Below, in pieces: positions 1 to 9,834 of a DNA stretch of 64,000 nucleotides. Source of the stretch: an uncultured Candidatus Saccharibacteria bacterium (GTDB taxonomy: Bacteria > Patescibacteriota > Minisyncoccia > Phycocordibacterales > UBA9973); the NCBI GenBank assembly GCA_964500465.1, contig CAZCNB010000001.1:34567-98566 (forward strand). Reading direction: 5' to 3'. Every line of letters starts with the position of its first letter. Positions within the stretch are counted from its first letter, which is position 1. The notes beneath the pieces were generated by a model, which did no database searches, was not told where the DNA came from, and worked only from the letters and a program-made list of their open reading frames with translations. A program made the position numbers and the translations under genes.

Positions 1-326
1 CTAAAAAGAAAGCACTTGTAGATGAGAAAAATACAGCAGAAATGATGATATTCTCAGCTGAGAAATCTCTAAAAGAGTATGGAGACAAAATAGATGCTAC
101 ACTTAAAGCAAGTGTTGAAGAAAAGATTAATGCAGTTAAGACCGCAAAAGATGGCACTGATATTGAGGCTATCAAATCTGCACTTGAAGCTCTTACAACT
201 GAAGTTTCAAAAATTGGCGAAGCTATGAGTAAGCAAGGTTCTACTCCTGAAGGAAGTACAACAGCTGAACCTCAAAGTGAAGAGATTAAGGATGCAGAAA
301 CAAAAGAGAATCCAGATAATAAATAA
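1..326 (+). CDS. dnaK: Chaperone DnaK, C-terminal part (truncated at window edge)
   Basis: Frame open from window start (KKALVDEKNTAEMMIFSAEKSLKEYGDK...), typical DnaK lid/tail; directly upstream of dnaJ. Confidence 0.9.
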   Translation, partial: KKKALVDEKNTAEMMIFSAEKSLKEYGDKIDATLKASVEEKINAVKTAKDGTDIEAIKSALEALTTEVSKIGEAMSKQGSTPEGSTTAEPQSEEIKDAETKENPDNK

Positions 327-346
327 AATTATGCTAATATAATTTT

Positions 347-1432
347 ATGTCAAAAGATTACTACGAAATATTAGGAGTAAATAAAAGTGCTTCTAAAGAT
401 GAAATAAAAAAAGCCTTTCACAAGATGGCTCACAAGTATCACCCTGACAAGAACAAGGGTGATGATTCGAAGTTCAAGGAAGTGAATCAGGCTTACCAAA
501 CCCTCTCAGATGACCAAAAACGTGCTCAGTACGATCGTTTTGGAGCAGATGGGCCTCAAGGATTCAATTCGGGTCAAGGAGGTGGATTTGGAGGTTTTGA
601 CTTCTCAGGATTTCAGAATGGTGGTGGGGTAGAGTTTGATATGGGTGACCTTGGAGATATCTTTGGAGATTTCTTTGGAGGTGGAATGGGTCGTGGTGGA
701 AGTAAAGCTCGCAGAGGACGTGATATTTCAACCGAGATAGATCTCACATTTGAGGATTCTGTTTTTGGTGTTACTCGAAAGATATTACTTTCTAAACAAT
801 CAGTTTGTGATATCTGTAAAGGCTCAGGTGGTAAACCTGGGACAAAGATGGATACATGTAAAACATGTAATGGTAACGGTCAGATTCGTGAAGTTAAGCG
901 CTCAATACTTGGAACATTTCAAACAAATAGAACTTGTGACACTTGTCATGGATCTGGAAAAATTCCTAGTGAAAAGTGCAGTGAATGCCATGGAAAAGGA
1001 GTTCGTAATAAACAGGAAGAAATTGAACTAAAAATTCCAGCTGGTATTAGCGATGGAGAAATGCTTCGCATGACTTCTATGGGTGAAGCTATTCAGGGAG
1101 GACAAGCAGGTGATCTGTACATAAAAGTAAATGTAAAACCACATGCAGTTTTCAAAAGAGATGGAATCAATCTAAATCTGGACATAAAGATAAGTCTTAC
1201 AGATGCGCTCCTTGGTATGAATTACAATTTGAAAACTCTTGAAGGAAATAATCTTGAAGTTAAAATTCCAGAAGGAATAAACCATGGAGAATTACTAAGA
1301 GTTAAGGGTAAGGGTGTGCCATCTAGTCGTGGACGAGGAGATATTATTATCCGAGTACTTATAAAGATGCCAACTAAACTTTCTAAGAAATCTAAAGAAC
1401 TAATTGAAAAGTTAAAAGAAGAGGGAATTTAA
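347..1432 (+). CDS. dnaJ: Chaperone DnaJ
   Basis: J-domain with HPD, G/F-rich linker, four CxxCxGxG repeats. Confidence 0.98.
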   Translation: MSKDYYEILGVNKSASKDEIKKAFHKMAHKYHPDKNKGDDSKFKEVNQAYQTLSDDQKRAQYDRFGADGPQGFNSGQGGGFGGFDFSGFQNGGGVEFDMGDLGDIFGDFFGGGMGRGGSKARRGRDISTEIDLTFEDSVFGVTRKILLSKQSVCDICKGSGGKPGTKMDTCKTCNGNGQIREVKRSILGTFQTNRTCDTCHGSGKIPSEKCSECHGKGVRNKQEEIELKIPAGISDGEMLRMTSMGEAIQGGQAGDLYIKVNVKPHAVFKRDGINLNLDIKISLTDALLGMNYNLKTLEGNNLEVKIPEGINHGELLRVKGKGVPSSRGRGDIIIRVLIKMPTKLSKKSKELIEKLKEEGI

Positions 1433-1441
1433 CCAGAAGAT

Positions 1442-1466
1442 AGAAGCACCCGAAAGGGTGTTTTCT
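1442..1466 (+). terminator. Intrinsic terminator after dnaJ
   Basis: AGAAGCACCC-GAAA-GGGTGTTTTCT hairpin. Confidence 0.75.
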
Positions 1467-1558
1467 GTTGATAAACTATTGTGTTATTTTCTGTAGATGC
1501 TATTATTTTTCTTAAATTTCTAACCCGTTTTTTCTAACCCCCCATTAAATTTTTACAG

Positions 1559-2140
1559 ATGGCTAAAAAAATATCACCAGGTTCTATTAGGTATCGACTG
1601 GTTACAGATTTTAAAAATGCAAATGTTATTCCACACTTGAAAGTTTGGGTAGATGCTATACACGATAATTCACTAAATATGTTACCTGAAACGGTAGAAT
1701 CTTTAAGAAATAAATTATTGTGTGCAGTATTTGCCTTCCATAACCAAAAGTTAGTGGGAGCCGGCGGAATTATGTATCCGCCAACTAAACCTTTGTACTA
1801 CAACAAAAAGCGAGTGGTAGAATTCAGATCTGTTTTTCGTCACCCTGATTATAAGAAATGTGGTATAGCCACAGAGCTTGTAATTAAAAGATTGGAATTT
1901 GTAAAGCAAAGTAAACTTTTCCCAGTTATTCTTACAAAGCAGCCAGACATGAAGCCAATATTGAAGAAACTCGGTTGGGTCTATATAGAGAAACAGCTTG
2001 TAAAGAAGCTGGTACCCGTCAAGAATGGCTTAAGGGATTGCTCTTGTCAAAACAATAAAAGGATACCTTTCATTGGGGAACGATGTTCAAACTGCCCAAT
2101 GCTGGAAAGATTTACTTGGATCAATCCATCATTCCTTTGA
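1559..2140 (+). CDS. GNAT-family acetyltransferase-like protein with Cys-rich C-terminus
   Basis: Motif-A-like segment SVFRHPDYKKCGIATELV; CxC...CxxC near C-terminus. Confidence 0.6.
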   Translation: MAKKISPGSIRYRLVTDFKNANVIPHLKVWVDAIHDNSLNMLPETVESLRNKLLCAVFAFHNQKLVGAGGIMYPPTKPLYYNKKRVVEFRSVFRHPDYKKCGIATELVIKRLEFVKQSKLFPVILTKQPDMKPILKKLGWVYIEKQLVKKLVPVKNGLRDCSCQNNKRIPFIGERCSNCPMLERFTWINPSFL

Positions 2141-2151
2141 TTGATTCACAT

Positions 2152-2197
2152 CCGATAGATTGTCAGGCTACTTGCCAGGCGGTCTATCGGTTTTTTT
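2152..2197 (+). terminator. Intrinsic terminator
   Basis: CCGATAGATTG...CGGTCTATCGG stem followed by T7. Confidence 0.75.
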
Positions 2198-2285
2198 ATT
2201 TAAACTATTTACATATTTTCTCATTTTGCTATTATATTCATATTATTATTTTATTACTGGCGTGAAATTCGCCTGGTAAAAGAAG

Positions 2286-3665
2286 ATGACTAAACGTTCT
2301 GTTGCTTCAAAGAAGCTCTGGAAAATTGGTGCGAAAGAATTTAATACTCAATATTTTGACTTTAATAAAGACGGCGACCTTATCATAAAGGAAGGTCACA
2401 ATATTTATAATGTTCGCTACTTAGCTGATAAGATGGGTACTTCACTTGAAATACTCATGCCTTTTGTTATTGAAGAGAGATTAGAAGACTTGCTCGATAC
2501 AGCTCATGCTCTTTCAAAGAAAACTGGATACAAAGGTAAATTCCTTTATCATTTCCCAATGAAGGTTAATCAAAATAAAGAAGCCGTTATGTCTATTGTA
2601 GGTGAAGGTGCGCATCTTGAAACTTCATCTTACAATGACCTGTATCTGATCAAGAAAATGCTAGAACAAGAATCTTTTAATCCTAATATTCGTATTCTAT
2701 GTAATGGCCCAAAGACCGATAAATACATGAACCTTATTGATGAACTTCAACACAAAGGAATGAAAATTTTTCCAATCATAGAAGGGCCAAATGAACTAAA
2801 ATTTCTTCAGCATTCAAAATACGATGTAGGTATCCGTATAGATATGCCAGTAAAAGCTCAGTCTATTTGGAACAAGCCAATTGATCGCTTTGGATTTTCT
2901 GCGAAAGAAATAATCGCAATGGGGCGCTTTAAGAACTTAAAAATTCTCCACTACCATATTGGTTCACAAATTGAGAAACTTTCTGATGTTATTGTACCTA
3001 TCAAATATGCCCTTGATATTTTCTTTAAATTAAAACAACAAAATCCGTCATTAGACACTCTTGATATTGGTGGAGGAATGCCTATCCCTTATGAGAGAAC
3101 AAAAAGTTATCCAGTAGATAAATTGCTTGAGAAAATATTTGAAGTTGTTAAAAAAGAATCTGAGAAAAGAGGAATGCCACATCCAAATATTATCTGTGAA
3201 TGGGGTCGCTATATTGCAGCACCAGCACAGATAAATATTTATAAAGTTATTGATACAAAAAAGATTCATAGTAAAAAAGCCGAAGCCGATAAATGGTATG
3301 TTATCGATGGTAGTTTTATGAACGACTTATGTGACACATGGGCTATAGGTCAAAAATGGGCAATAGCCCCAGTGAATAATAGCAATGACAAGAACCTCAC
3401 AAATGTCTGGCTTGCAGGATCAACTTGTGACTCAGATGACGTATATACAGGCACAAAGGGTTCTATAGAGCTTCCAGATTATGAAATGGATGAAAGTAAG
3501 CCAATGTATATAGCTGTATTTGATACTGGTGCATATGAAGATGCTCTAGTAATGCACCATTGTCTACTTTCTTCACCACTTAAGATCATTGCAGAAAATG
3601 GGCATATAGTTGTCGCTCGCAAACGTGAGACACCAGAAGAAGTTGGAAAAGTATTTGGTTGGTAA
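2286..3665 (+). CDS. speA: PLP-dependent fold-III basic amino acid decarboxylase, probably arginine decarboxylase
   Basis: HFPMKVNQ PLP-lysine motif (SpeA YPxKVNQ-like), HYHIGSQ, LDIGGG, GSTCDSDD; agmatinase in same cluster. Confidence 0.8.
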   Translation: MTKRSVASKKLWKIGAKEFNTQYFDFNKDGDLIIKEGHNIYNVRYLADKMGTSLEILMPFVIEERLEDLLDTAHALSKKTGYKGKFLYHFPMKVNQNKEAVMSIVGEGAHLETSSYNDLYLIKKMLEQESFNPNIRILCNGPKTDKYMNLIDELQHKGMKIFPIIEGPNELKFLQHSKYDVGIRIDMPVKAQSIWNKPIDRFGFSAKEIIAMGRFKNLKILHYHIGSQIEKLSDVIVPIKYALDIFFKLKQQNPSLDTLDIGGGMPIPYERTKSYPVDKLLEKIFEVVKKESEKRGMPHPNIICEWGRYIAAPAQINIYKVIDTKKIHSKKAEADKWYVIDGSFMNDLCDTWAIGQKWAIAPVNNSNDKNLTNVWLAGSTCDSDDVYTGTKGSIELPDYEMDESKPMYIAVFDTGAYEDALVMHHCLLSSPLKIIAENGHIVVARKRETPEEVGKVFGW

Positions 3666-3687
3666 TTATTATTAATAATAAATATAT

Positions 3688-4707
3688 ATGAACAATAATC
3701 TTCCTACATTAGAATTTATTTTAAAAAATTATAAGAATTTCAACGCTCGTGCTACTCGCGATGCACTCATTGCATATTGGAGGCATACAGAAAAAGGTGG
3801 CAAAATGTTCTGGGCTCTTGCTGGAGCTATGTCTTCAGCACAGCTTGGAATAGTTCTTGCTCCAGCTATTCGTGCTGGACTTATATCTGGAATATCATCA
3901 ACGGGTGCAAATCTTGAAGAGTCACTCTTCCGCCTCGTAGCTCATAATTCTTACAAAGATTTTCCAGATTACAGGTACTTCACAAAGGAACATGATACAA
4001 AAATATTAGAAGATAGAATGCGTCGCGTTACAGACACAAGTATTCCAGAAGATGAAGCATTTCGTGCTGTTGAAAAACACATAGTTCCTACATGGAAAGA
4101 AGCAACTGAAAAGGGAACACGTATGTTCTGGCATGAATACTTCTATGATCTTATTCAAAAAATAGACAAAGAAGACCATGAAGGCAAAGCAGATGAATGT
4201 TGGCTTCTTGCGGCAGCAGAGAATAATATTCCAATAGTTGTTCCAGGATATGAAGATTCAACATTTGGAAACATTTTTGCATCACACGTGAAAACTGGTG
4301 AATGCAATGCAAGTATTGTGAAGTCAGGTATTGAATACATGGCTGCTTGGTATGACCAATACAAAAAGTTGTCTGATGGGGAAGGAGTAGGATTCTTCCA
4401 AATTGGTGGAGGTATAGCAGGAGATTTCCCAATCTGCGTAGTGCCATCTATTAAATATGATCTTGGAGAAGATGTTAAACCATGGGCATATTTCTGCCAG
4501 ATTTCCGATTCTACTACCTCATACGGCTCATATTCAGGAGCTACTCCAAACGAAAAAATTACTTGGGATAAACTTACAAAAGACACACCAATGTTTGTTA
4601 TTGAATCAGATGCCACAATAGTTGCTCCACTCATACTCCAAGCCTTACTTGAAATGAAAGCAAATCCAAAAGAGGCGAATGAATTGATTTCAAAATATAC
4701 TGCATAA
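3688..4707 (+). CDS. Deoxyhypusine synthase-like protein (probable homospermidine synthase)
   Basis: STGANLEE, IGGG, SYSGATPNEKITWDK, ESDATIV motifs of the DHS family. Confidence 0.88.
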   Translation: MNNNLPTLEFILKNYKNFNARATRDALIAYWRHTEKGGKMFWALAGAMSSAQLGIVLAPAIRAGLISGISSTGANLEESLFRLVAHNSYKDFPDYRYFTKEHDTKILEDRMRRVTDTSIPEDEAFRAVEKHIVPTWKEATEKGTRMFWHEYFYDLIQKIDKEDHEGKADECWLLAAAENNIPIVVPGYEDSTFGNIFASHVKTGECNASIVKSGIEYMAAWYDQYKKLSDGEGVGFFQIGGGIAGDFPICVVPSIKYDLGEDVKPWAYFCQISDSTTSYGSYSGATPNEKITWDKLTKDTPMFVIESDATIVAPLILQALLEMKANPKEANELISKYTA

Positions 4708-4743
4708 AATAATAAAACCCCCGAATCGGGGGTTTTATTATTT
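4708..4743. terminator. Bidirectional terminator between convergent genes
   Basis: AATAAAACCCCCG-AAT-CGGGGGTTTTATT. Confidence 0.85.
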
Positions 4744-5625
4744 TAATCTGTCTCTAAATTTATTTGCAATAATACTGTAACAAAGTTGAGCTGCACCATA
4801 CTCAGTCAGCACTGAATCTTTCATAGGGGAGACTTCTACTATATCTGCACCGATAAGATTTTTTTCTTTAACTAAGCGAGTTATAAGCTCCATTCCATAC
4901 CACCATTCAAGACCACCTTGTACAGGCGTACCTGTACCTGGCATATGAGCAGGATCAAAACCATCTACGTCTATAGTAAGATAAACGTTTTTTGTATTTA
5001 TTGAAGCAAGTATTTCATCTATTGTTGGAATTTTATTTGCATTACCCCATTCAAAAACTTTAATATTATTTTTAGGATCACTAAAATAATTATATTCATC
5101 TATTGAATATGTACGGATACCAACTTGGATAAGTTTATAACCGAGCTCATTTCCACGATGAAGAACACATGAGTGAGCGTACTTTGATGGGTGAGTACTA
5201 TAATCGCCATCATTGTCACGAAGGTCACAGTGAGCGTCTATATGAAGTATAGTAGTATCTTTTGCATCTATATGTTTTGCAAGTGCTTGAAATAATCCAA
5301 GTGATACTGAGTGTTCACCACCTAAAAGAAATACAAATTTACCCTCAGAAACAAATTTCTCACACTCAGTTGTTATTTTACTCAATGCTTTTTCTGGAGT
5401 TAATTTATTTATATTACCTAAATCTTTTTGTGCAATTTTTACAAAATTATTCACCTCTTTTTTGTATTCACGATCGAAAAATTCGAGTTTACTATCTAAA
5501 CATTTAAGTATTGCCTTTGGTCCATTGATAGTACCTTTACGACTGGAAGCTGTTTTTTCATAAGGTGCAGACACAATAACAACGTCTGCAGTTTTTGTAT
5601 TTTTTTCATTTAAAATTGAATTCAT
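4738..5625 (-). CDS. speB: Agmatinase (ureohydrolase family)
   Basis: GGEHS, DAHCD, TIDVDGFDP, PGTGTP motifs. Confidence 0.9.
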   Translation of the reverse strand: MNSILNEKNTKTADVVIVSAPYEKTASSRKGTINGPKAILKCLDSKLEFFDREYKKEVNNFVKIAQKDLGNINKLTPEKALSKITTECEKFVSEGKFVFLLGGEHSVSLGLFQALAKHIDAKDTTILHIDAHCDLRDNDGDYSTHPSKYAHSCVLHRGNELGYKLIQVGIRTYSIDEYNYFSDPKNNIKVFEWGNANKIPTIDEILASINTKNVYLTIDVDGFDPAHMPGTGTPVQGGLEWWYGMELITRLVKEKNLIGADIVEVSPMKDSVLTEYGAAQLCYSIIANKFRDRLK

Positions 5626-5694
5626 ATAGAAACTATGATACAGAAATAAGCCATTTAATGCAATAAAATTATGGGCATGTTACAATATCCTGGT

Positions 5695-5841
5695 ATGGAT
5701 AGGAAATCTTTCATTATGATCCTCATAATAGCTATTGCTACTTTAGTATCAATATATTTCTTGTACCAAAGATCTTATAATGACAAAAGTTTTGAAATAA
5801 TTGACGATAATACTTTAAATTTAAGCCAGAACAATTCTTAA
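5695..5841 (+). CDS. Small single-pass membrane protein (48 aa; below ORF-track cutoff)
   Basis: MDRKSFIMILIIAIATLVSIYFLYQRSY...; TGTTACAAT extended -10 lies 8 nt upstream; abuts next gene. Confidence 0.5.
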   Translation: MDRKSFIMILIIAIATLVSIYFLYQRSYNDKSFEIIDDNTLNLSQNNS

Positions 5842-5844
5842 TTT

Positions 5845-6783
5845 ATGCATAATAATTGGTTTTTTATAGCTTTAATACCACCCATACTTTGGAGTATAGT
5901 TAACCACGTTGATAAATACATACTTTCTAGACATTTCAAGGGTAGTAGTTTAGGTGGGATATTTCTTTTCTCATCCTTATTTTCTATAGTTGTATTAATT
6001 TTTATTTCTCCATTTTTGTCAGATTCATTTTTTGATGTCCCTTTTGCTCACATTCTACTACTGCTTTTTGTTGGTGCTTTAAATGCTTGTGCATTCTTTT
6101 TATATTTAAAAGCTATAAATGAAGAGGAGGCTTCTATTGTTGTACCATTGCTTCAAATGATACCAGTGTTCGGTTATCTACTAGGTTATCCTATTCTCGG
6201 TGAAGTGCTTTCTTCTCAACAAATATTAGCAGCAATTATTATAATGATTGGTGTATCAATACTTTCTATAGATTTTGATATTGATAACAATAAGTTTTCT
6301 GTTAAAAAAAGAATACTACTTTTAGTAGGTGGGTCATCTTTTTTGTTTGCTTTACACGATGTTCTTTTTAAAACAGTTACAGATGAAAACCACTTTCTAA
6401 TTTCAGCTTTTTGGCAAAACTCTGGTTTGGTTATTGTAGGATCTTTAGTTTTTATTTTTCATAAAGTATACCGTAAACAGTTTATAGAAATATTTATTGC
6501 TAATAATGCTAAGGCCCTCTCTCTAAATATAATATCTGAAGTACTATATACTATCGGTAGTCTTGCAAATAGTTTTGCTACATTACTTGCACCAGTTGCA
6601 CTAGTATTGATTATAAGTAGCTATCAACCACTATTTGTGTTTGTTATAGGAACACTGCTCACTATGTTTTTACCTATAATTAGTAGTGAAAAAGTTACTT
6701 TAAAACATTTACTTCAAAAGATATTATCTATTATAATAATAATCATAGGGAGTTATCTTCTTTATTCATTCTCAACCTATTAA
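5845..6783 (+). CDS. EamA/DMT-family transporter
   Basis: About 10 TM segments in two repeats; LGEVLSSQQILAAIIIMIGV pattern. Confidence 0.8.
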   Translation: MHNNWFFIALIPPILWSIVNHVDKYILSRHFKGSSLGGIFLFSSLFSIVVLIFISPFLSDSFFDVPFAHILLLLFVGALNACAFFLYLKAINEEEASIVVPLLQMIPVFGYLLGYPILGEVLSSQQILAAIIIMIGVSILSIDFDIDNNKFSVKKRILLLVGGSSFLFALHDVLFKTVTDENHFLISAFWQNSGLVIVGSLVFIFHKVYRKQFIEIFIANNAKALSLNIISEVLYTIGSLANSFATLLAPVALVLIISSYQPLFVFVIGTLLTMFLPIISSEKVTLKHLLQKILSIIIIIIGSYLLYSFSTY

Positions 6784-6789
6784 ATTTCT

Positions 6790-8460
6790 ATGCCATTTTG
6801 CCCTTGGGAACCAGCTCAATACTTAATATATTCAAGTAATATTCCAAGTTTATTTTATTACTCTCATATACCAGCTATTATAGTTGCATTATTTTTAGGT
6901 ATCTTTATCTTATACAAAGGTAATAAATCTATCGTCAATATAGTTCTATTTTCAATCACGATACTTTTTTCTATTTGGTGTATATTCGATTTAATCTTGT
7001 GGGCTACTAACAATCCAAGTGATACTATGTTCTTTTGGTCATTACAGGTATTAATTGAACCCTTAATTTACGCTACATGTATATATCTAACATTTTTGTT
7101 TGTGAAGGGTAGAGATATGATTTTTAGTGAAAAACTGTTAATGACTATTTTAATTACTCCATTCATAATATTTTTATCGAACAAGTTAACTTTAATAGGA
7201 GTAAATCTTTCTGATTGTACAGCTATTGAAGGTCCGATTTCTCTATATTACTCATACGTATATCAAATCATAAGTGTTATCATAATACTTGAAATATTTG
7301 TTTCATCCTATAGAAAAACAACCGATTCTCTTAGAAAGAAGGAAATTAGATACTTTATCATTGGAATGATTATGTTCCTCCTTGCTTTTTCATGGGGCAA
7401 TCTCATAGGTAGCTTTACTGATAATTGGACTATTGCACAAGGAGGTTTGATAGGAATGCCAATATTTTTTGGTTTTCTTGCATATATAAGTGTTAAATTT
7501 AAAACTTTCAACTTAAAAATACTTGGAGCCCAAGCGCTAGTCTTTGTATTAGGGTTTTTGGTTCTATCAATGTTATTTATAAGAAGTTTGAATTATATAA
7601 ATATTATTATATTTTTCATGTTAGGGTTTGTTATAGTGCTTGGATATCAGTTAATTAAAGGTGTAAAAACTGAAGTTAAACAAAGAGAGCGCCTAGAAGT
7701 TTTAAGATTAAAACTTGAAGAGTCCAATTTAAAGCTTGAAGATGCTAATGATAAACTCAAAGATTTAGATAGATTAAAAACTGAATTTTTATCTCTTGCT
7801 TCACACCAGTTACGAAGCCCTCTTACAGCGATAAAGGGTTACACTTCTATGGTTCTTGAAGGAGATTTTGGAGAGCTAAATGAAAAAGCTAAAGAGGCGA
7901 TAGAGAGAGTTTTTCAATCAACAATGAATCTAACAAAAGTTGTTGAAGACTTGTTAAATGTCTCTAAAATTGAGCAAGGTGGGATGAAATTTGTAATGGA
8001 ACCTTTCTGTTTGGCGGAGATTGCTAGAGATATGTCTAAAGATTTATCTATAAGTGCAGAAAAAAAAGGATTGAAACTAAGCTTTGAATCAGATAAAGAT
8101 GAAGATTGTATGGTAAATGGTGATAAAGAAAAACTCCGTCAAGTTGTTCTAAATCTAATTGATAACTCTATAAAATATACAAAAGAGGGAAACGTAAATG
8201 TTTCAGTTAGAAAGGTATCAGAGAAAGTTGTATTTTCTGTTAAAGATACTGGTATGGGTATGACTCCAGAAATAAAAGCAACATTGTTCCAAAAATTCTC
8301 AAGAGGGGAAGGCGCTCGCATGAATACTGGGGGTTCAGGCCTAGGTCTTTATCTTGCAAAAGAAATTATGGAAGCACATAAAGGAACAATAGATGTTGAT
8401 TCAGAAGGTATGGGTAAAGGATCAAATTTCCACTTTGAATTAGATGCAATACAAAAATAA
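6790..8460 (+). CDS. Membrane sensor histidine kinase (7TM-type N-terminus)
   Basis: H-box ASHQLRSPLT, N-box NLIDNSIKY, DTGMG, GSGLGL; multi-TM N-terminus. Confidence 0.92.
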   Translation: MPFCPWEPAQYLIYSSNIPSLFYYSHIPAIIVALFLGIFILYKGNKSIVNIVLFSITILFSIWCIFDLILWATNNPSDTMFFWSLQVLIEPLIYATCIYLTFLFVKGRDMIFSEKLLMTILITPFIIFLSNKLTLIGVNLSDCTAIEGPISLYYSYVYQIISVIIILEIFVSSYRKTTDSLRKKEIRYFIIGMIMFLLAFSWGNLIGSFTDNWTIAQGGLIGMPIFFGFLAYISVKFKTFNLKILGAQALVFVLGFLVLSMLFIRSLNYINIIIFFMLGFVIVLGYQLIKGVKTEVKQRERLEVLRLKLEESNLKLEDANDKLKDLDRLKTEFLSLASHQLRSPLTAIKGYTSMVLEGDFGELNEKAKEAIERVFQSTMNLTKVVEDLLNVSKIEQGGMKFVMEPFCLAEIARDMSKDLSISAEKKGLKLSFESDKDEDCMVNGDKEKLRQVVLNLIDNSIKYTKEGNVNVSVRKVSEKVVFSVKDTGMGMTPEIKATLFQKFSRGEGARMNTGGSGLGLYLAKEIMEAHKGTIDVDSEGMGKGSNFHFELDAIQK

Positions 8461-8481
8461 CCCTTTAACAGGTTTTTTGTA

Positions 8482-9834
8482 TTATAGCTTCTTTACTTTT
8501 GGCCCGTTTACTGTGTCTTCAATTTTGTATCCTAGTTCTGCAGTATTTTTTCTAATCCTATCTACTTCTTCCCAATTTTTTTCTTCTTTTGCTTTTATAT
8601 AATTATCTAAATTAATATCTTTTGGGATTTCTTCTTCTTTTAAATTCTCTAAGCCAAACCCGAATACTTTATCAAAATCAAGCATAGTTGCTTTCTTGTC
8701 TTCTGGTCTAATATCTGGATTATGAACTAAATCCCATAGTAACGCCAAAGCCTTAGGTGTGTCTAAATCATCATCCATATATTCCATAAATCTTTCCTTA
8801 TAATTTTGGTCAACTGAACCAGTGTTTATCTTAATCAAATTTCTAAAAAACTCATGTAGTCTCTTTAATGCAACTTGGCTTGCGTTTACTGCATCTAATG
8901 TAAAGTTTGTTTTTGTTCTATAGTGAGCTCCATATATCCATAATCTAAAAGCAAGAGGTTCAACACCTTTTTCAATTAAATCTCTCAAGGTGTAGAAGTT
9001 TCCAGCTGATTTAGCCATTTTTACTCCATCTACCATTAAGTGCTCATTGTGCATAAAGTATTTAGAAAACATTTTTCCAGTTGCACACTCGGATTGAGCT
9101 ATTTCATTTTCGTGGTGAGGAAACATATTATCAACTCCACCAGTATGTAAATCAAAAGTTTCTCCTAATTCATGCATACTCATTGCTGAACATTCTATGT
9201 GCCATCCTGGTCTACCTTTTCCTAATGATGTTTCCCAAAATACCTCTCCATCAGAGTTATCCCATGCTTTCCATAGTGCAAAATCTTCTGCACTATCTTT
9301 ATCGTATTCATCTTTAGTTATTCTACCTTTTGCATTTTCTTTTAAATCAGATATTTTAAAATGAGACAACTTGCCGTAATCAGGATCCTTGTGTATATCA
9401 AAATATACTGATCCATCTTCTGTTTTATAAGCAAAACCTTTTTCTAATAGTTTCTCAATGATTTTAACCATTTCAGGTATGAAGTCTGTAGCCTTTGTGT
9501 AGTTATCTGCTTTTGTTATATTGAGCTCATCTCTATCTTTATAAAATTCTAAAGTATAAAACTCTGTAAAATCTTTTAAACTTTTCCCTTGAGCTTTGGA
9601 ATCCCTAATGGTTTTATCATCAATATCAGTTATATTCATAATATGTTTTACATTGTATCCTCTGTAGGTCAGATATCTTTTTAAAATATCTCCGAATATG
9701 TATGCTCTATAATTTCCAATATGCGGATAATTATAAACAGTAGGTCCACAAGTATATAAGCCAACCTTATTTTCACTGATTGGTTCGAATTCTTCTTTTG
9801 ATCTAGATAAAGTATTGAATATATTTAAAGCCAT
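8482..9834 (-). CDS. cysS: Cysteine--tRNA ligase
   Basis: YTCGPTVY, HIGN, GRPGWHIECS, KMAKS. Confidence 0.97.
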   Translation of the reverse strand: MALNIFNTLSRSKEEFEPISENKVGLYTCGPTVYNYPHIGNYRAYIFGDILKRYLTYRGYNVKHIMNITDIDDKTIRDSKAQGKSLKDFTEFYTLEFYKDRDELNITKADNYTKATDFIPEMVKIIEKLLEKGFAYKTEDGSVYFDIHKDPDYGKLSHFKISDLKENAKGRITKDEYDKDSAEDFALWKAWDNSDGEVFWETSLGKGRPGWHIECSAMSMHELGETFDLHTGGVDNMFPHHENEIAQSECATGKMFSKYFMHNEHLMVDGVKMAKSAGNFYTLRDLIEKGVEPLAFRLWIYGAHYRTKTNFTLDAVNASQVALKRLHEFFRNLIKINTGSVDQNYKERFMEYMDDDLDTPKALALLWDLVHNPDIRPEDKKATMLDFDKVFGFGLENLKEEEIPKDINLDNYIKAKEEKNWEEVDRIRKNTAELGYKIEDTVNGPKVKKL

